Of a stretch of 64,000 bases of DNA, positions 11,985 to 24,900 are shown in pieces (position 1 is the first letter of the stretch; each line of letters begins with the position of its first letter). The notes under the pieces were generated by a model. It had not been told where the DNA came from. It worked only from the letters and a program-made list of their open reading frames with translations, and did not search any database. Source of the stretch: Guillardia theta CCMP2712 (taxonomy: Eukaryota > Protista > Cryptophyta); the NCBI RefSeq assembly GCF_000315625.1, contig NW_005434597.1, positions 126,382 to 190,381 on the forward strand, given 5' to 3'. The position numbers were made by a program, and so were the translations under genes.

Positions 11985-12590
11985 TGACTGAGCCGCGGCA
12001 CCGGGCACTACCCCGGACGGGGGCCCGCCGGCTATCGGACCGTACTACGCCGGCGGGGGGGCTTGACGGAACCGTGACGGTTCCGTCACCGGGCCGCCGG
12101 GGCCCGGGCCGGCCGGGCGGAGAGTCGGACCCGGCAGGAGTCACGCTGAGTCAGTGGCCACCAGGCGGCCTTGTAGTGGAACGGCGTCCCCGGTCCATGA
12201 CCGTACTACGGCGGGCCAGCAATGGCACTCACTGAGCCGCCCGGCGCCCGGCGCTCCCGGTCCCCGGCCCGGAGGCGGCGGCTCTGGCCGCTGCCGCAGG
12301 CTGCCGCGTGCGGTGGCAGCGGCTCTAACTTAGTAACTTGACACGGTGCCCGAATTTCGAACGGACCGTCCGGCGCTATGCAGCCAGCCGTTGATGAATA
12401 GCCTGAGATCGAGCCCGGCATCGATCTCAGCGGCGGCAGTGACGGTGAGCCTACTAGGCTACTCAAGGCTGGCCCTAGTGCCGGCCAGGGCCCGCCGGGG
12501 CGTCCGGCAATGCTGTCGGAGACGGTCCCGGGCCGTCACGGTGAGTCCGCCTCGTCGTGTAAGCTATAGCAGTCGAACTGGTAGTAACTA
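11985..12590. repeat. Very GC-rich non-coding element built from short palindromic CCGG/GGCC/CCGCGG/ACCGT units
   Basis: e.g. ccgggccgccggggcccgggccggccgggcgg, gccgcggc, ccgtgacgg and cgtcacggtga. Sharp compositional boundaries; only spurious Gly/Pro/Arg ORFs. Confidence 0.6.
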
Positions 12591-12734
12591 AAGTTGCACC
12601 TGGTACCTCACAGATCCGAGGAGTCTCGGCGGTACTAAATTTGTGCAGTACAAGAGCAGATGTTGAGTACTATGTGTACTTCAAGTAAACAAGTGAGTAA
12701 TTAAATAGTACCACTATTTTAGTACCAGCCAGTT

Positions 12735-12910
12735 TCCTGGGGTTAAGCCGAACGACCGTAAGTGCGAAAGGTTACGGCAGGAGGAGAGGGGTGGGGTAGG
12801 GGTGGGATGGGGTAGAGGATGAATGAAGACCTAGGAAGACTATGAAAGGTTATTATGAAAAGCAGACTCGCCTCAGAACCTTTCCTATCCCTTCACTACC
12901 CCACCCTCAT
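12735..12910. promoter_or_regulatory. GGGGTA motif cluster upstream of the giant gene (divergent intergenic region)
   Basis: gtggggtaggggtgggatggggtagagg at ~12791-12818 and cactaccccaccc at ~12894-12906. Confidence 0.35.
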
Positions 12911-12968
12911 AGTTCCTCTCAATGCTCCTTACCCGCTCATGCGGGAGTTCAGATAGCAGTCGCCATAC

Positions 12969-15900
12969 ATGCTTGATTTTCATCTGACAACCTCCACTAT
13001 GCTCCTTCTCTACATTCTCGCATCTTTACTTCTCTTTCACGCTCAACCTGCCTTTCAGAACAGTGTACAGCATGTAAATCCAAGATGTACAGTAGGTTCT
13101 TTCGACTCTACTACATTTGCAAGAGAATTACTTCACACATGCGGAGTTCGACGAAATTCCAAATGTAGACAACTTTCAATTGATGCAGACAACATCAATA
13201 ATGCAGCAGACAGCACTCCTCACACAACGTTTCGTTACGTTTTTAACGGCACAGTGCCGCATCTTGGTGTAGATCTTGGTAGACCTAAATGGATTCAGAG
13301 TATACAAGTCCGGCATATTTCAAAACAAATATCGTCAGGAATTTTGCAAGTTTTTGTTGGAGACGATCCAACTTCATTTCACATCAATCCTATCTGTACT
13401 TATAGTAACAGCAACGGAGATGTTTTCAGTAGAACGCGATTCAATGTTTCAACTACGTATACGATTCCTTGTAACTTGAAAGGGAGATACATATGGCTAG
13501 TAATCGCAGACAGCGACCTACGCACGCATGTTGAAATCGCTGAATTAAGAGTTTTTGGGGGTTGTTCAAAGTGTCCTTCCGGGTATACGACCAACCACAG
13601 TGGGGCTGCCAAGCTATCCGATTGCATCCTGGATTCGGTGAATTTACCAGCTGTATGCAAAGAAGGAGCAAGCGTGCATACCAATGCGATGCAACGAGTA
13701 GCACAAATCCTTGCTGCTAGGCCGGCTTGGGGAGTTTACCACGCCGAAGACTGGGATCCTCACACCAGGACAATATCAGAATCATTCGGTAGGCAGCTGC
13801 CGGTAACCAGCAGAGGTGATTTGAGGTATGAGAAGAAGAAGGGGTTCGGAGCAGATGCACCCATCAGCTCTTTGAATGGCAACATGTCTTCTGCTATGCT
13901 GTGGCCTTTTGGAAGTATTCCAAGATCTTTTACGATATGTGCGGTGACACGATATGCTGGTTCCAATAGAAGGAGGATAATACAAGGATCGACGGATTTC
14001 ACGTTGGGTCACTACTTCAATGCAGTCGGTGTATCACATTCACAATCATGGATGACACAGAAGCAGCAGGCTTATTCAAACCCTCTTGATTGGCTCGTGA
14101 TCTGCACGAAGAATTCCGGGGAAACTCCTGCGAATGTGAAGGTGTCTTCCTTACATGGAGATGTATTGTCTGTGGGAACCAGCATTGGTGGGGAGGTCTT
14201 TGGGAATATGATGATAAATGCTGGTCTCTTTCCGAATGATTCCAGCGACTTTTCATTTTCACAGGTGTACATATGGGAGCATGGTTTGTCTGCAGACGAC
14301 ATGGAGGCTTTGGTTTATTCTTTGAAATGGTATCTTTCGCATGGTATTGAATTACGCTATCTTGAATCAGTCTTCAACCCTCAAATAGTCCCTGGATTTG
14401 GATGTGATGTACCAGTTTCTTGCCCTTCAGATTGGGTTTCAGTTCAGAGTGCCCCCGGCGTTCGTAGTCCCAACCCCCAATCATACCATGAAAGGATAGG
14501 AAACGAAGATGCAGAACTCTGTTACCTGCTCCTGCCATACCAGGGACTGCATAATGTCACAGTATACAATCTGTACTTTCCAAGGGAAATTATGGCAGCA
14601 GTGGTTGTCTTGGGTGGAGGTGGGGGTGGAGCTGCATTCGGTGGAGGAGGCGGAGGAGGAGGTGTCTTGCTGTCGAGATCCTTGCACATCGCGGCTGGCT
14701 TTCATTCTGTAACTGTGGGTAGGGGTGGAGGCGGAGGGGGTTCTGATTGGGCAGAGCCTGGCTGTGGAGGGAGAGGGTTCTCAAGCTCTTTCGACTCGTT
14801 CGTTGCAGAGGGTGGAGGTGGAGGAGCCTCCAGATCTCTACGTGCACAGGTGAAATCCATCGGTCACAACGGTGGGAGCGGGGGGGGAGGCTCGGGAACT
14901 CTCAATGCTGGATTGAGCACGCAACGCTCTTACGAGGGGTTCCTGGTCTTTGGCAACGATGGTGGCTCAGGAACTCTAGAAGATGCTTGCGCAGAAGAAC
15001 CCCGCTTTTCCCACGGAGGAGGAGGAGGTGCTGGGGCACCTGGTGCCTCTGGACATTGCTTGCGTGGGGCTGGGGCGGGAGGACGAGGGATAGACGTCTC
15101 ACCATATGTTGGAAATCGGATAGGGCAGGCTGGATGGATAGCAGGCGGGGGCGGAGGAGGAGCTCAGAATATGAACGTATCAATGTCAACTGCACAAAAT
15201 GCCTTTAAGCCTTCAACAAGTCGTGGAGGAGGCGGAGCAGGAGGATATTTCCAGACATGCACTCCTGGTATATTTGGAACAGGAGGGGGAGGGGGAGGGG
15301 GAGGGGGAGGACAGAATAGCGGAGGCTGCGAGGGAGGTTCAGGGGCTGTCGTTCTCGCAATACGAGGTTCTGCACAGCGAGCTCATGCTGCTGGTGATGC
15401 ATCTGCAATGCCTGCCCGCTCCTCGCTTCGTTCTCTTCTTCAGGTGTCGAACTTGGCCAATGCCTCCAACTCATCGGTGGCTGGAGGATCTAGTTCATCG
15501 ATATCCAACATCTCCAACGCAACCTCAGCTCCCTCTATTCCTTCTGGGAGTGTGCCTACTACAGATGCAAAGATTACGCTATCAAACTACACTGCAGGCG
15601 CTATCACCAATGCATTGATCTCCTTTGCTGTCCCTCCTACAGCGCCGCTTCGAGAAAACTCTTCATATTTACTTGTTTTGCAGTTTCCAAGGACATTTCG
15701 AGTATGCTCCACCACAACGAGACTGGGAACTATCTTGATTCCGGCTTCAGATTCCAGCAGTCAAGTCCGTATAGAAAAGGTTCAGGACGTTAGTAATCTG
15801 CAAGGATATTATCTTCCATGGTTGAATTATTCTCTATTTCAACCCGACAATACGGCATTTTCAAGTGTCATGTACTTTAATCTTAGTGGATCTACAAGCA

Positions 15901-18900
15901 CAAACTCTACACAGTTCATCCAATTTTCCATCCAAGGACTTCAGAATGGACTCTACTCAGGTGATGACTCTCTTGCATGTGATGTTATTTGCCACTGACT
16001 GATTGAATTTGCAGGACTCTTTAAACCAAGTTATGAACAACGGGATTTCTTCGGACTCTTTGTCTTCGAATACCATCCTTATCTGAACTGTCCAGGCTGC
16101 ATACAGATCATGTTTTATCAACAAGGAATTAATGATCCTTCATACCCAAATGCGATTCCACTTTACTTTGTTCCGAATTCATTCATCAATGTTTCAACAC
16201 GACTTGAAGGGCTGAATCTATACATCCAGTTTCAGTCATCGAGCTGGATTCCTGGCAACGGACGTCTGGAGCTCAATTTGTCTGAGGGTGTTGCCTTTGG
16301 CACATCTCATGAAAGCAATAACATCTTGTCTTATGCTCCTTCATATTGTCCGTCAGAGAGCATAGCGACGCTGGGTTGTGCCATTCAAGGGATTGCTAAG
16401 TACAGCAACAAGAACCTCACTGTAACATTGAACAACGCCTTGGACATTGCAGTTGATTCAACTCTTCTTTTGAATCTCACAGGTGTTGAGACCTTCCTGC
16501 CACATACCTGTTCTCTCCCTGGTCCAAGACAATTTTGCAGTACGTCTCCAATATCAATACGAGTGTACGAGTCCCCAGCAGCTACGAAGAATTTTCTTGT
16601 TGGACAGGCCTATTTGAAGTTGGGTCCGTACAATGCTTCGGGAAAAGTTGAAATCTGGCCAAACGTTGCTGGAGCACAGAACGTCTCTATGAATTTTTCG
16701 GTGGTTTTGACCAATCCTTACTTCGGCGGTGATCTCATAAGAGTGTGTGTCCCCAGATATCTGCTAGATGTGACATCATCCGCAAATATATTGTGTCGAG
16801 CCCCTTTCGATCTCGATTTGAAAGTCTTCAAGTCAATTGACTTCTCTTGCTTGAATATCGTGAATCTGAAGCAGAATTTCTCTAGTAGAAAGTTAGATTT
16901 CTATTGCTCTGGTTTCGGTTTGAGAAACAACAGTGGACCAATCTTCGACAAAATAATGGTTGAAACATTTTCTGAGGGGGTTTACCCAATCGACAAGGGC
17001 TACCTTCCTGTAGTTCCCGATCACGTCAAGTTTGTCGAACTTCAACTGGATCTGAGGGTCAACACCTGGATTTTTAACCTGGTGAATGGTGTTCCAATTT
17101 CGAGATTTGCTGAATTTGAAATTTCGTTTGATTCAAATTTTGTTATGGGTTCTTCTTTTGCATATTTATCCTTTCAGACTATCAATGGTCCCAAGGCTGA
17201 AAGTCTAAACTACACACTCATATCCTCTCTTGAAAATAGAACGGTACTTTCCTTCAGGCGAACCGAAAATTTTACAATCCCATCCTGGACAAATTTGACA
17301 ATTCAGGCTGATTTGCTCAACAGAACATATTCTATGATTCTGACATGGAATTTTACAATCCTTTCTGATAGAGGGTTGCTGTTGGAACAAGGGATATCAA
17401 ATACATGGATACCCTATTTTCCAGTGATACCTCTCACTATCCGTTCGAATGACTCATCGGCTTCTGCAGCAGCCACTATCACCGCTGTTTTTCCTGAAAA
17501 AGTTGTGTTGGACTTTTCTCAGATGGCTGGGAAAAAGATAGTATCGATCGAGTTCGATCCCTGTTATGACATTCGAGGAGTGCATCTTTCCGTGTCTAAT
17601 TTTTTTGGATTTGATTTGTCGTTTCCAATCTACCGAGATCACATCTGGGAATGGAATTTCACAGATACTGACATCTTTCCATTGGCATTTAATGTTGTCA
17701 TTCAGAGCAACACTGTTGTGGGATATCTGCAGAGTTCCAAACCGAGTGAATCTCGGAATTCTGTATTTATGCTCCATGCCTGCAAAGAATATTCATTCAC
17801 CGATTGTCTTCGACCATGTGGTGAACCAATACTCTTTTGTGCTGAGTTAACCACGAACTTTGAAAATTGTACCTGCGTGATGAAGGGGGTTGGCAACAAT
17901 TCCAACTTTTCGTTCTTGAACTTGGATAACCTGAGTATTGCTTTTGCAAACGTTCAAAACCCAGGCACTCTTCAAAAGAATATAAGAACTTTCAACATGA
18001 GTATCTATGATAATCTTGGAAGGATCCAAAATAGTTCAGAATTTCAGTTGCCATCAACTACTTTTTCGAATTTGCCTGGTGCCTTGTTCAGCGTTGTCCC
18101 GGCGGAGGCAAAAGTTCTCTCGACGATTGAATTTTCTGGTTTTGCTGTTGGCAGGTGCTTTGCGGGATCCATATCAATCTTTATCCCTGATTCATTTACC
18201 CTTTACAACAAGTCGATTGCATTCTTACAAACTGCTTTCAACCTATCAAAAACGAATGTTGATAAGCGGATTCAACTCCAATTCAAGCCAGAATTGTATG
18301 TGCCATTCAAGGAATACTTGATTGCAAGAGGGAGATTGTATGATGTCATGACAGAGTATTGGAGCCTTGCAAATGAGCGAGTTGTTCAATTTCAGATGCG
18401 ACTGGAAGAAACAATTATGAATCAATCTATTATTGTCGGTGAGTCAGGAGTTCAAAATATTACACTTCGTTATCCTCCATTCAGGTTCGTGTCCATGCAG
18501 ATGTTGGGAGATCATGGGATCAACACCTTTCAATATGTGAATCTTTCAATCAAGTTTTCCTTTTCCAAGATCAATCTGCTCTCAAACACTCGATTCAATA
18601 TAACTCTTCCAAACAGTCTTTTTCTCAGAGATGGCATACGGTCAATCACTATCAGTTTTTTGTGCGGCGGGAACGACTGTTTCATCTCACAAACACACGA
18701 CATTTTGCTTCGTAACTTGTTCTATACAGCAAATAGCAATAATGTTATCCTTACATTTGTTCCTCTTATGCCTCTCTACAAACCTTCATATTACACATGC
18801 TTAAATGCAGGTCCAGATTTCGACGAGATTTCATTTGTGATTCCGAATATCTTGCTGTCATATTTCGAACGAGAGGTTGGCGTTGTCACATTAGAATTGC

Positions 18901-21900
18901 AACAGATGGAATCCCATAATATCAAAATTTTGAATCGCACATATTACAACATTAGTGAAATCATTGCGCCGTACATTGTGAAGTCAGCCATCTTGGAGTT
19001 TGTTCCTTCTGTGATCAATCAATCGTACATTCAAACTTCTTTGGAGGTAAGAAGACCGCTATCTGACAGGGATCGGATTCTTATTGAATTTCCGCTCACG
19101 TTTTCCACATGTCCACTGGGGGGATGCAATGTAAATCAACTGCGATCGATGAAATTGAATTCATACAGATCGATAAAAGTATCAACGTGGGTCAATGACT
19201 CCCAACAGATCTTGCATGTTCAGAATGTCTCATTTGAGAATGACCAAAAGAGCATTTCCTTCCTCATCGGACAAAATGTGTCTGTAGGGACGAATGTTTC
19301 TATCAGAATGGAGGGGTTCGCATTTCCTTATGTACCGGCTCCACAAATCCAGTTCTTGAATTTGACGATCTTTGAAGGTTCCTCCAGCAGAGTGATTGGG
19401 AGAATAGCATATACCCGTGCCCTTAGTACCATTCTACCAAACCCAGGTGCAGCAATGACATATTTGAGCTCAACCATAGCAGGTTCACAAAGTAATTTTT
19501 CAATACTGTTTTTGAATTCCTTTACTTATGGCATGTTTCAAACTATTAACATCACCACGATTTCGGATTTCAAGTTCGACTTTTCGAGGACAGACATCAT
19601 TGTATTCATCGGGCAATCCAGAATTGATTCTCTCACTGTTTTTCGAGTGAACCGGGAGGCTCTGTATCTGACTTTCGATGTACAGATAAACACCTATGCG
19701 CTTGTCGAAGTGCTTCTCATTGGTGTGTACAACCCACCAACTTCTGGGCGCCTGAACAAACTTGCCTTCTCGGTAGCTGACCAAATGTTCTCGAACTACA
19801 GCACAAGTGTACTTGAGAATATATTGACGACTCCAGGGAATATTTTGGATCCCTCCATGAACCTGTCAAACCATTATCCTGGTCAAGTCGTTGAAATGAT
19901 CTTGAAATTTACTGTTTCGAATTCGATCCCTCTACATGGACAACTGGATATTCAGCTGCAAGATATAAACATAAATGCAAATGCCTTGCAGCTTCGAGAA
20001 GCATTCTTTCAAGACGTGTTTGGGACAAGGCGTTTTTTCATTGGAAATCTTACACAGCTTGGACAGAATATTTCAATTACAATTACAAGTTTCCCTCAAA
20101 ATGAGATCGGAACGAACCTTCCTCAAGGAATTCAATCATTCAGTGGAGCAGCCAATTCTCAAGTGATTCCTTCATTCAGCAACGTCACGCTCCGTCTTGA
20201 CGGCTTGGAAACGTTGCCATACGTTTCTCGAGTCTTTTTTTCCATCCAAACAAAGCAGTACTTTGGTGATTACATTGACATAGTACATAATGTAGCAGGC
20301 TCTCAAATAGTGCCAGGAATTGTTGAAGGAAACTTCCAGCTTCAGATGCCATATGTTTCAATTTTCACTCCTTTTGCTCTACACCTATTTCCGTCGATCG
20401 ATTTTGTTTGCGGCTACTCCATTACAATACAGTTTCCTCCCTCAATCCAAAACGTAATGTTTACTAACTACAGCAACATTCTTGGAATTATGTGCAATGT
20501 GACAGTAAATCAGTCAAATCCACAAACATTTTACATAAATTCGTACAGACGAATGGAATCGACTTACTCAAGCAATCAAACAATTTTATTCAAAAATTTG
20601 TCTTTAATCGGTTATCTCAAAACGCCAAATGTGTCTGGAACATACAACAACATCAACATTTCAGTGCTGAGTAGCAATGGAATCCCGATTGACTTAGGAC
20701 AGGGCACATTAAGTGTAAACTATTCAAAATTTACTTCTGTTAGAATGTACGCAAGGTACGACTTTTATCGTGGAGGATTATCTGCAGATACCCTAGGATC
20801 AAACTTCCTGACGATTTCTATTCGACCATCGGTGCCCATTCTTGGCAAAGTTTTGCTGATCCTAGAGCTTCCGATTTGGCTGGCAGCATCCAATCCAAAG
20901 CTACTTCAATGCAACTTTGGTCGATGCATCCACTCTCTGACTCCACTGAACAGTACGACGAATTCATTGCCTTTCAACGCATCTCAGAGCTTCTTCCAAC
21001 TCGTGGAATTGACTTATGATCCTAGAGTCAACATCAGCATAGGCTTCACCTTGAAGTCGTTCTTCATACCTTCCCGCTATGTTCTCCCTGAGCAGTTCTT
21101 TGAGATTGCCTTTGGAATAGCGGACCAAGAGTACAACCTGATACAAGTTGGCACAGCAAGGCTGAACTTGTCCCAATCAAGACTACAGAGGGTTCCGGTG
21201 CTGACGGCAGTTGATTACTTGCCACCCCAGCTTTGGAATAAGTCGACCTGCACGCTTCCGAATGCTGCTTTCTGGCTAAACAATTTCACTGTGAATGAAT
21301 CTTCCTTCTTTCAAGTATTCTCGTTCATGACAAATCAAGAAATTCCAATTTACGGATTTGCTCGAATTGTGATCCCTTTGAATCAATTACGCTTGCTGAA
21401 TCTATCAACCATTTCGTTCAATTCAACATCAATGGTAAATTACAGATCATGCTCGTATCCGCTTCGAACTAGATGTGAGGAAAATTTTGGAGAAGCGAAT
21501 TACTCGTTCACAAATTACTCGCTCAACAAAGGACTTGAAATTTCCATCCAATTTTTTTCTGAGATTCCAAACGATTCAATTGTGGATATCTTCAATCTGA
21601 GCCAGCCATTTCCCTTCGTCAATCCAATATACTCTCAACTTTTCTCAGGAAATTTCTCTGTCTACACTGTCGACAACGTTTTTAATCTCATTGATACCAG
21701 TGAGAACTTTGTACCACAATATTGCCAATTCTCAAATCGTTACACACTCACCTTCACAGAAATTTTAAATGTTTACCTTTGGGATGAACGAGCAAGCTCT
21801 CAGCAGTATGATCAGCTCTATGTTCGCAATGGGTACCTAGGCGGAAAAGGAGGCTTCTATTTCAACCTATCTTTTCAAACTGGAATTCGAACCAATGAAA

Positions 21901-24900
21901 AAATTGTGATTTCCTTCCCAAGAGACTTCAAGATCAATCAGTCAAATCTCGCTTTCTTTGACAACTGCCTATTGACTTTACAAGGCAATTGTAAGACTCC
22001 TGATTTCAAGAAGAAGGTGCCACCACCGAATTGCACCAACACCTCCTACACTTGCTCCAACTGGATAGATGTATTCCCTTCTATTTGCAAGCAAAACTGT
22101 ACGCAATACCAATCCATCGGGAATCGTTCATGCACTAACTTCACGTTGCAAAATGGAACAGTTGCAACCTTGTGTACCTCGATCGTCACGAATTACAGTT
22201 CATGTGCGATCCCGTACTTTTTTGTGAACGGATCTGTTTCAAAACTGTGTCACAACATCTCATTTTGTAAGAGTACTTCCTTTTGCTCCCAAGAGATAGT
22301 CACTACCAACGTGTCGATATGTACGAATTGGACGTACTCCAATTCCTCCAACGCTTCACAGGTGTGTAACAGCTGGTCGCAAGTGAATCGTTCGACAACT
22401 GTACAGCGTTGCACGTTGACGTTGAACACATCTTGCACTTGGTCTTCGAGGTGCTTCGACAACACAAGCAATACGACATGCCAGAACAAGTCTTTATGCA
22501 CCCAATGGGATGAGACTAACATTACTTACCCTTGCCCTGAGAATTCTTCTCAGTGCCTTTATGGACCGCTTGAATCATTTAATTACACCTGGGGACTTGT
22601 CGAGATTCCACCCAGGAGCACAAACCCACCTGATCGGTACAATTATTCTCTGAGACAAGCCATTGTAATCACTTATTATGGTAACTTGACGCTCAAAGGT
22701 TTCTCGTTCAGTCTTGATGTTTCAAACCCGCTCTACGGATTAGGATATCCTCCAGATATACATGATCGATACTCATACTTGGTGGTGTTGAAAGGTTTTG
22801 ATATTGCTGGAATGTATAGCTTTGGCGTTCAGGAGAGAATAGAGTTTCAAATTCTTGTTCTTCCTCAGTTGCTTAACGTTACAAGCTTGTCGCAGAATAC
22901 AACAGCAGGGGCTCTTGCTGAGGTTAGGTTTTCTTTGAATGCCTTGGAATTCCTCTGGCCGAATTCACCACAATTAACCATGCTATTTCCAGCTGGAAGT
23001 TATAGTACTAGGTACAGACTAAACACCAATCCTGGAGCCGTGATGTACTTAGAGACGTTTGCAAGCTTTAGCCAAGCGATCAATTTATCCGTCCAAGTTT
23101 TCAATCCTTTTCCTCATCCCACAATTATCCAAAGTGGAGTATACACTAACCCGTCATTAACGAATTCCACTAGTCCTCAGCTGTGCGTCAATTTGAATTA
23201 TTCGTGCTCGGACTGTTTGGCGCCAGCAAAGTCGTATTCGTATCAACAGCAATATCTGCTGATGGACCTGTCGCATGTTGTCAGCAATGCACAAATTAAT
23301 ACGACCCTGAATGCACTGACGGTCACAGTACATGATATTGGAAATCCACTGGAAGCAAATATTCTCCCTGGATATTTCGATTTTACTATATCGGGGGAGT
23401 TCTTTAATCAGAGGCAAATCATAGCTAGAGCCTTTGGTATTCCTGCAGAGCGAACGACTGTGGGAATTCTGACAGTGGATCAAGTTGATTTGATAGAGAA
23501 TGTTGTGAATAGAGAAACCAGGGTGAATGTAACAATTTCTTTGTATGGTGTTCTGGCGAACGAAAGCTACCTTGAATTCAGATTAAGTCCACAATTTCCG
23601 TTGTACTTGCGCAATGGTACCTTCGTTACCTTTCTGTTCTTACAGTACGAGATACAGATTGTAAATTACAATCAAGACATACTGCAAATTTTCCTGTCTG
23701 ATTCTCAGTTGACGGAGATGTACAAAGCCATGGAGTACAACGACGCCATTCAATCAAAGATCAGCGTATCCTTCTGTTGTTTGCAAAACCCTCCCCATTA
23801 TGGATTTTACAATGTTATTCAAGAAATTAGAGCAATTTCAAACACATCGTATCTTGCAGAATTCCAAGGCAACTCTTCCGTGAAAAATAGATTATTAGAA
23901 GACTATCGTACGATGAATATTCAATTGTTGATCAATTTGGAAAACAAATCCTCGTTTGGCAAAGGTGGAATCTCCGTGACCATCAAATTCAATCAAACAA
24001 TCTATGCAGATAGTATTGTCAGTGTTTCTTTTCCTGTGTCTCCATTCAGTCCCTATCAGCAATACTCCAATGTATTTTACGACGTCCAAACTTTGAGACA
24101 ATTCTCCGTTTTTGCTCATCTCAATCAGTCGGTGGAGTCAACATGCCAGAAATACTTAGTTTCCAACTGCCTCGATCCGGTTGCTGCAAACATTAGCATC
24201 GTGGAAAGCAATGATCCAGGCACTCTGTCTTTTCGTTTTGGATCGGATGTCCATCCTTGCCAAGGAAATTGCTCTAATTCTAGTAGTGGCTTGATCGCAA
24301 TGTCAATTGATGGCAAACTTCAGAATCCTCGACGTCCTGAGTCAAATTTCCGCTTGAATGCTTCATTATATTTGAAGAATCCATTCAAAGTACAGTTTCT
24401 CTCTCCTTTCAAGAATCTTATGGAAATTCATTTCCTCACTGGACCACTAACCATAGAAGCCTTTAAAGCACCTTTCACATCCCTTTACTCAAGCAGTCGA
24501 TTGGCAGGATCGATCACATGGCTTGAGATTGAATACAGAACAATATCTGGCATGCAAGCTAACACCAAAGACTATATAGAAGTAACACTTCCGAAAGGGT
24601 ACAAGGCATTGATGAGCACTACCGTTTTCAACTCGAATGCCGTTCAAAAATTTTATCCTGGCTCAATATCTTGTTTGAAGACTCCGATATACGCTGAATG
24701 TATCAGTTTTGATAATCGGAGCTTCGGATCGTTGAACATTAGTACCCAAGTCCTAGGTCACACTCGGGGAATTTATGGAACTTTGCAATTGACGAAAGCA
24801 TCCAACAATTCCCTTATATTCGAGCGTTGCTCCAACAACTTTGATGTTCCCTTTAACACAACGATTCTGTTTCGATTTGGTCCAGTCGTGAATCCTTTGC

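Noticed and set aside
11759-12591. Gly/Pro/Arg-rich ORFs in the GC-rich element
   Set aside because: Stop-codon scarcity is explained by extreme GC content; no recognisable protein features.
15961-16110. Stop-codon readthrough or pseudogenising stop between ORF1 and ORF2
   Set aside because: The in-frame stops lie within a canonical 54-nt GT-AG intron of typical local size.
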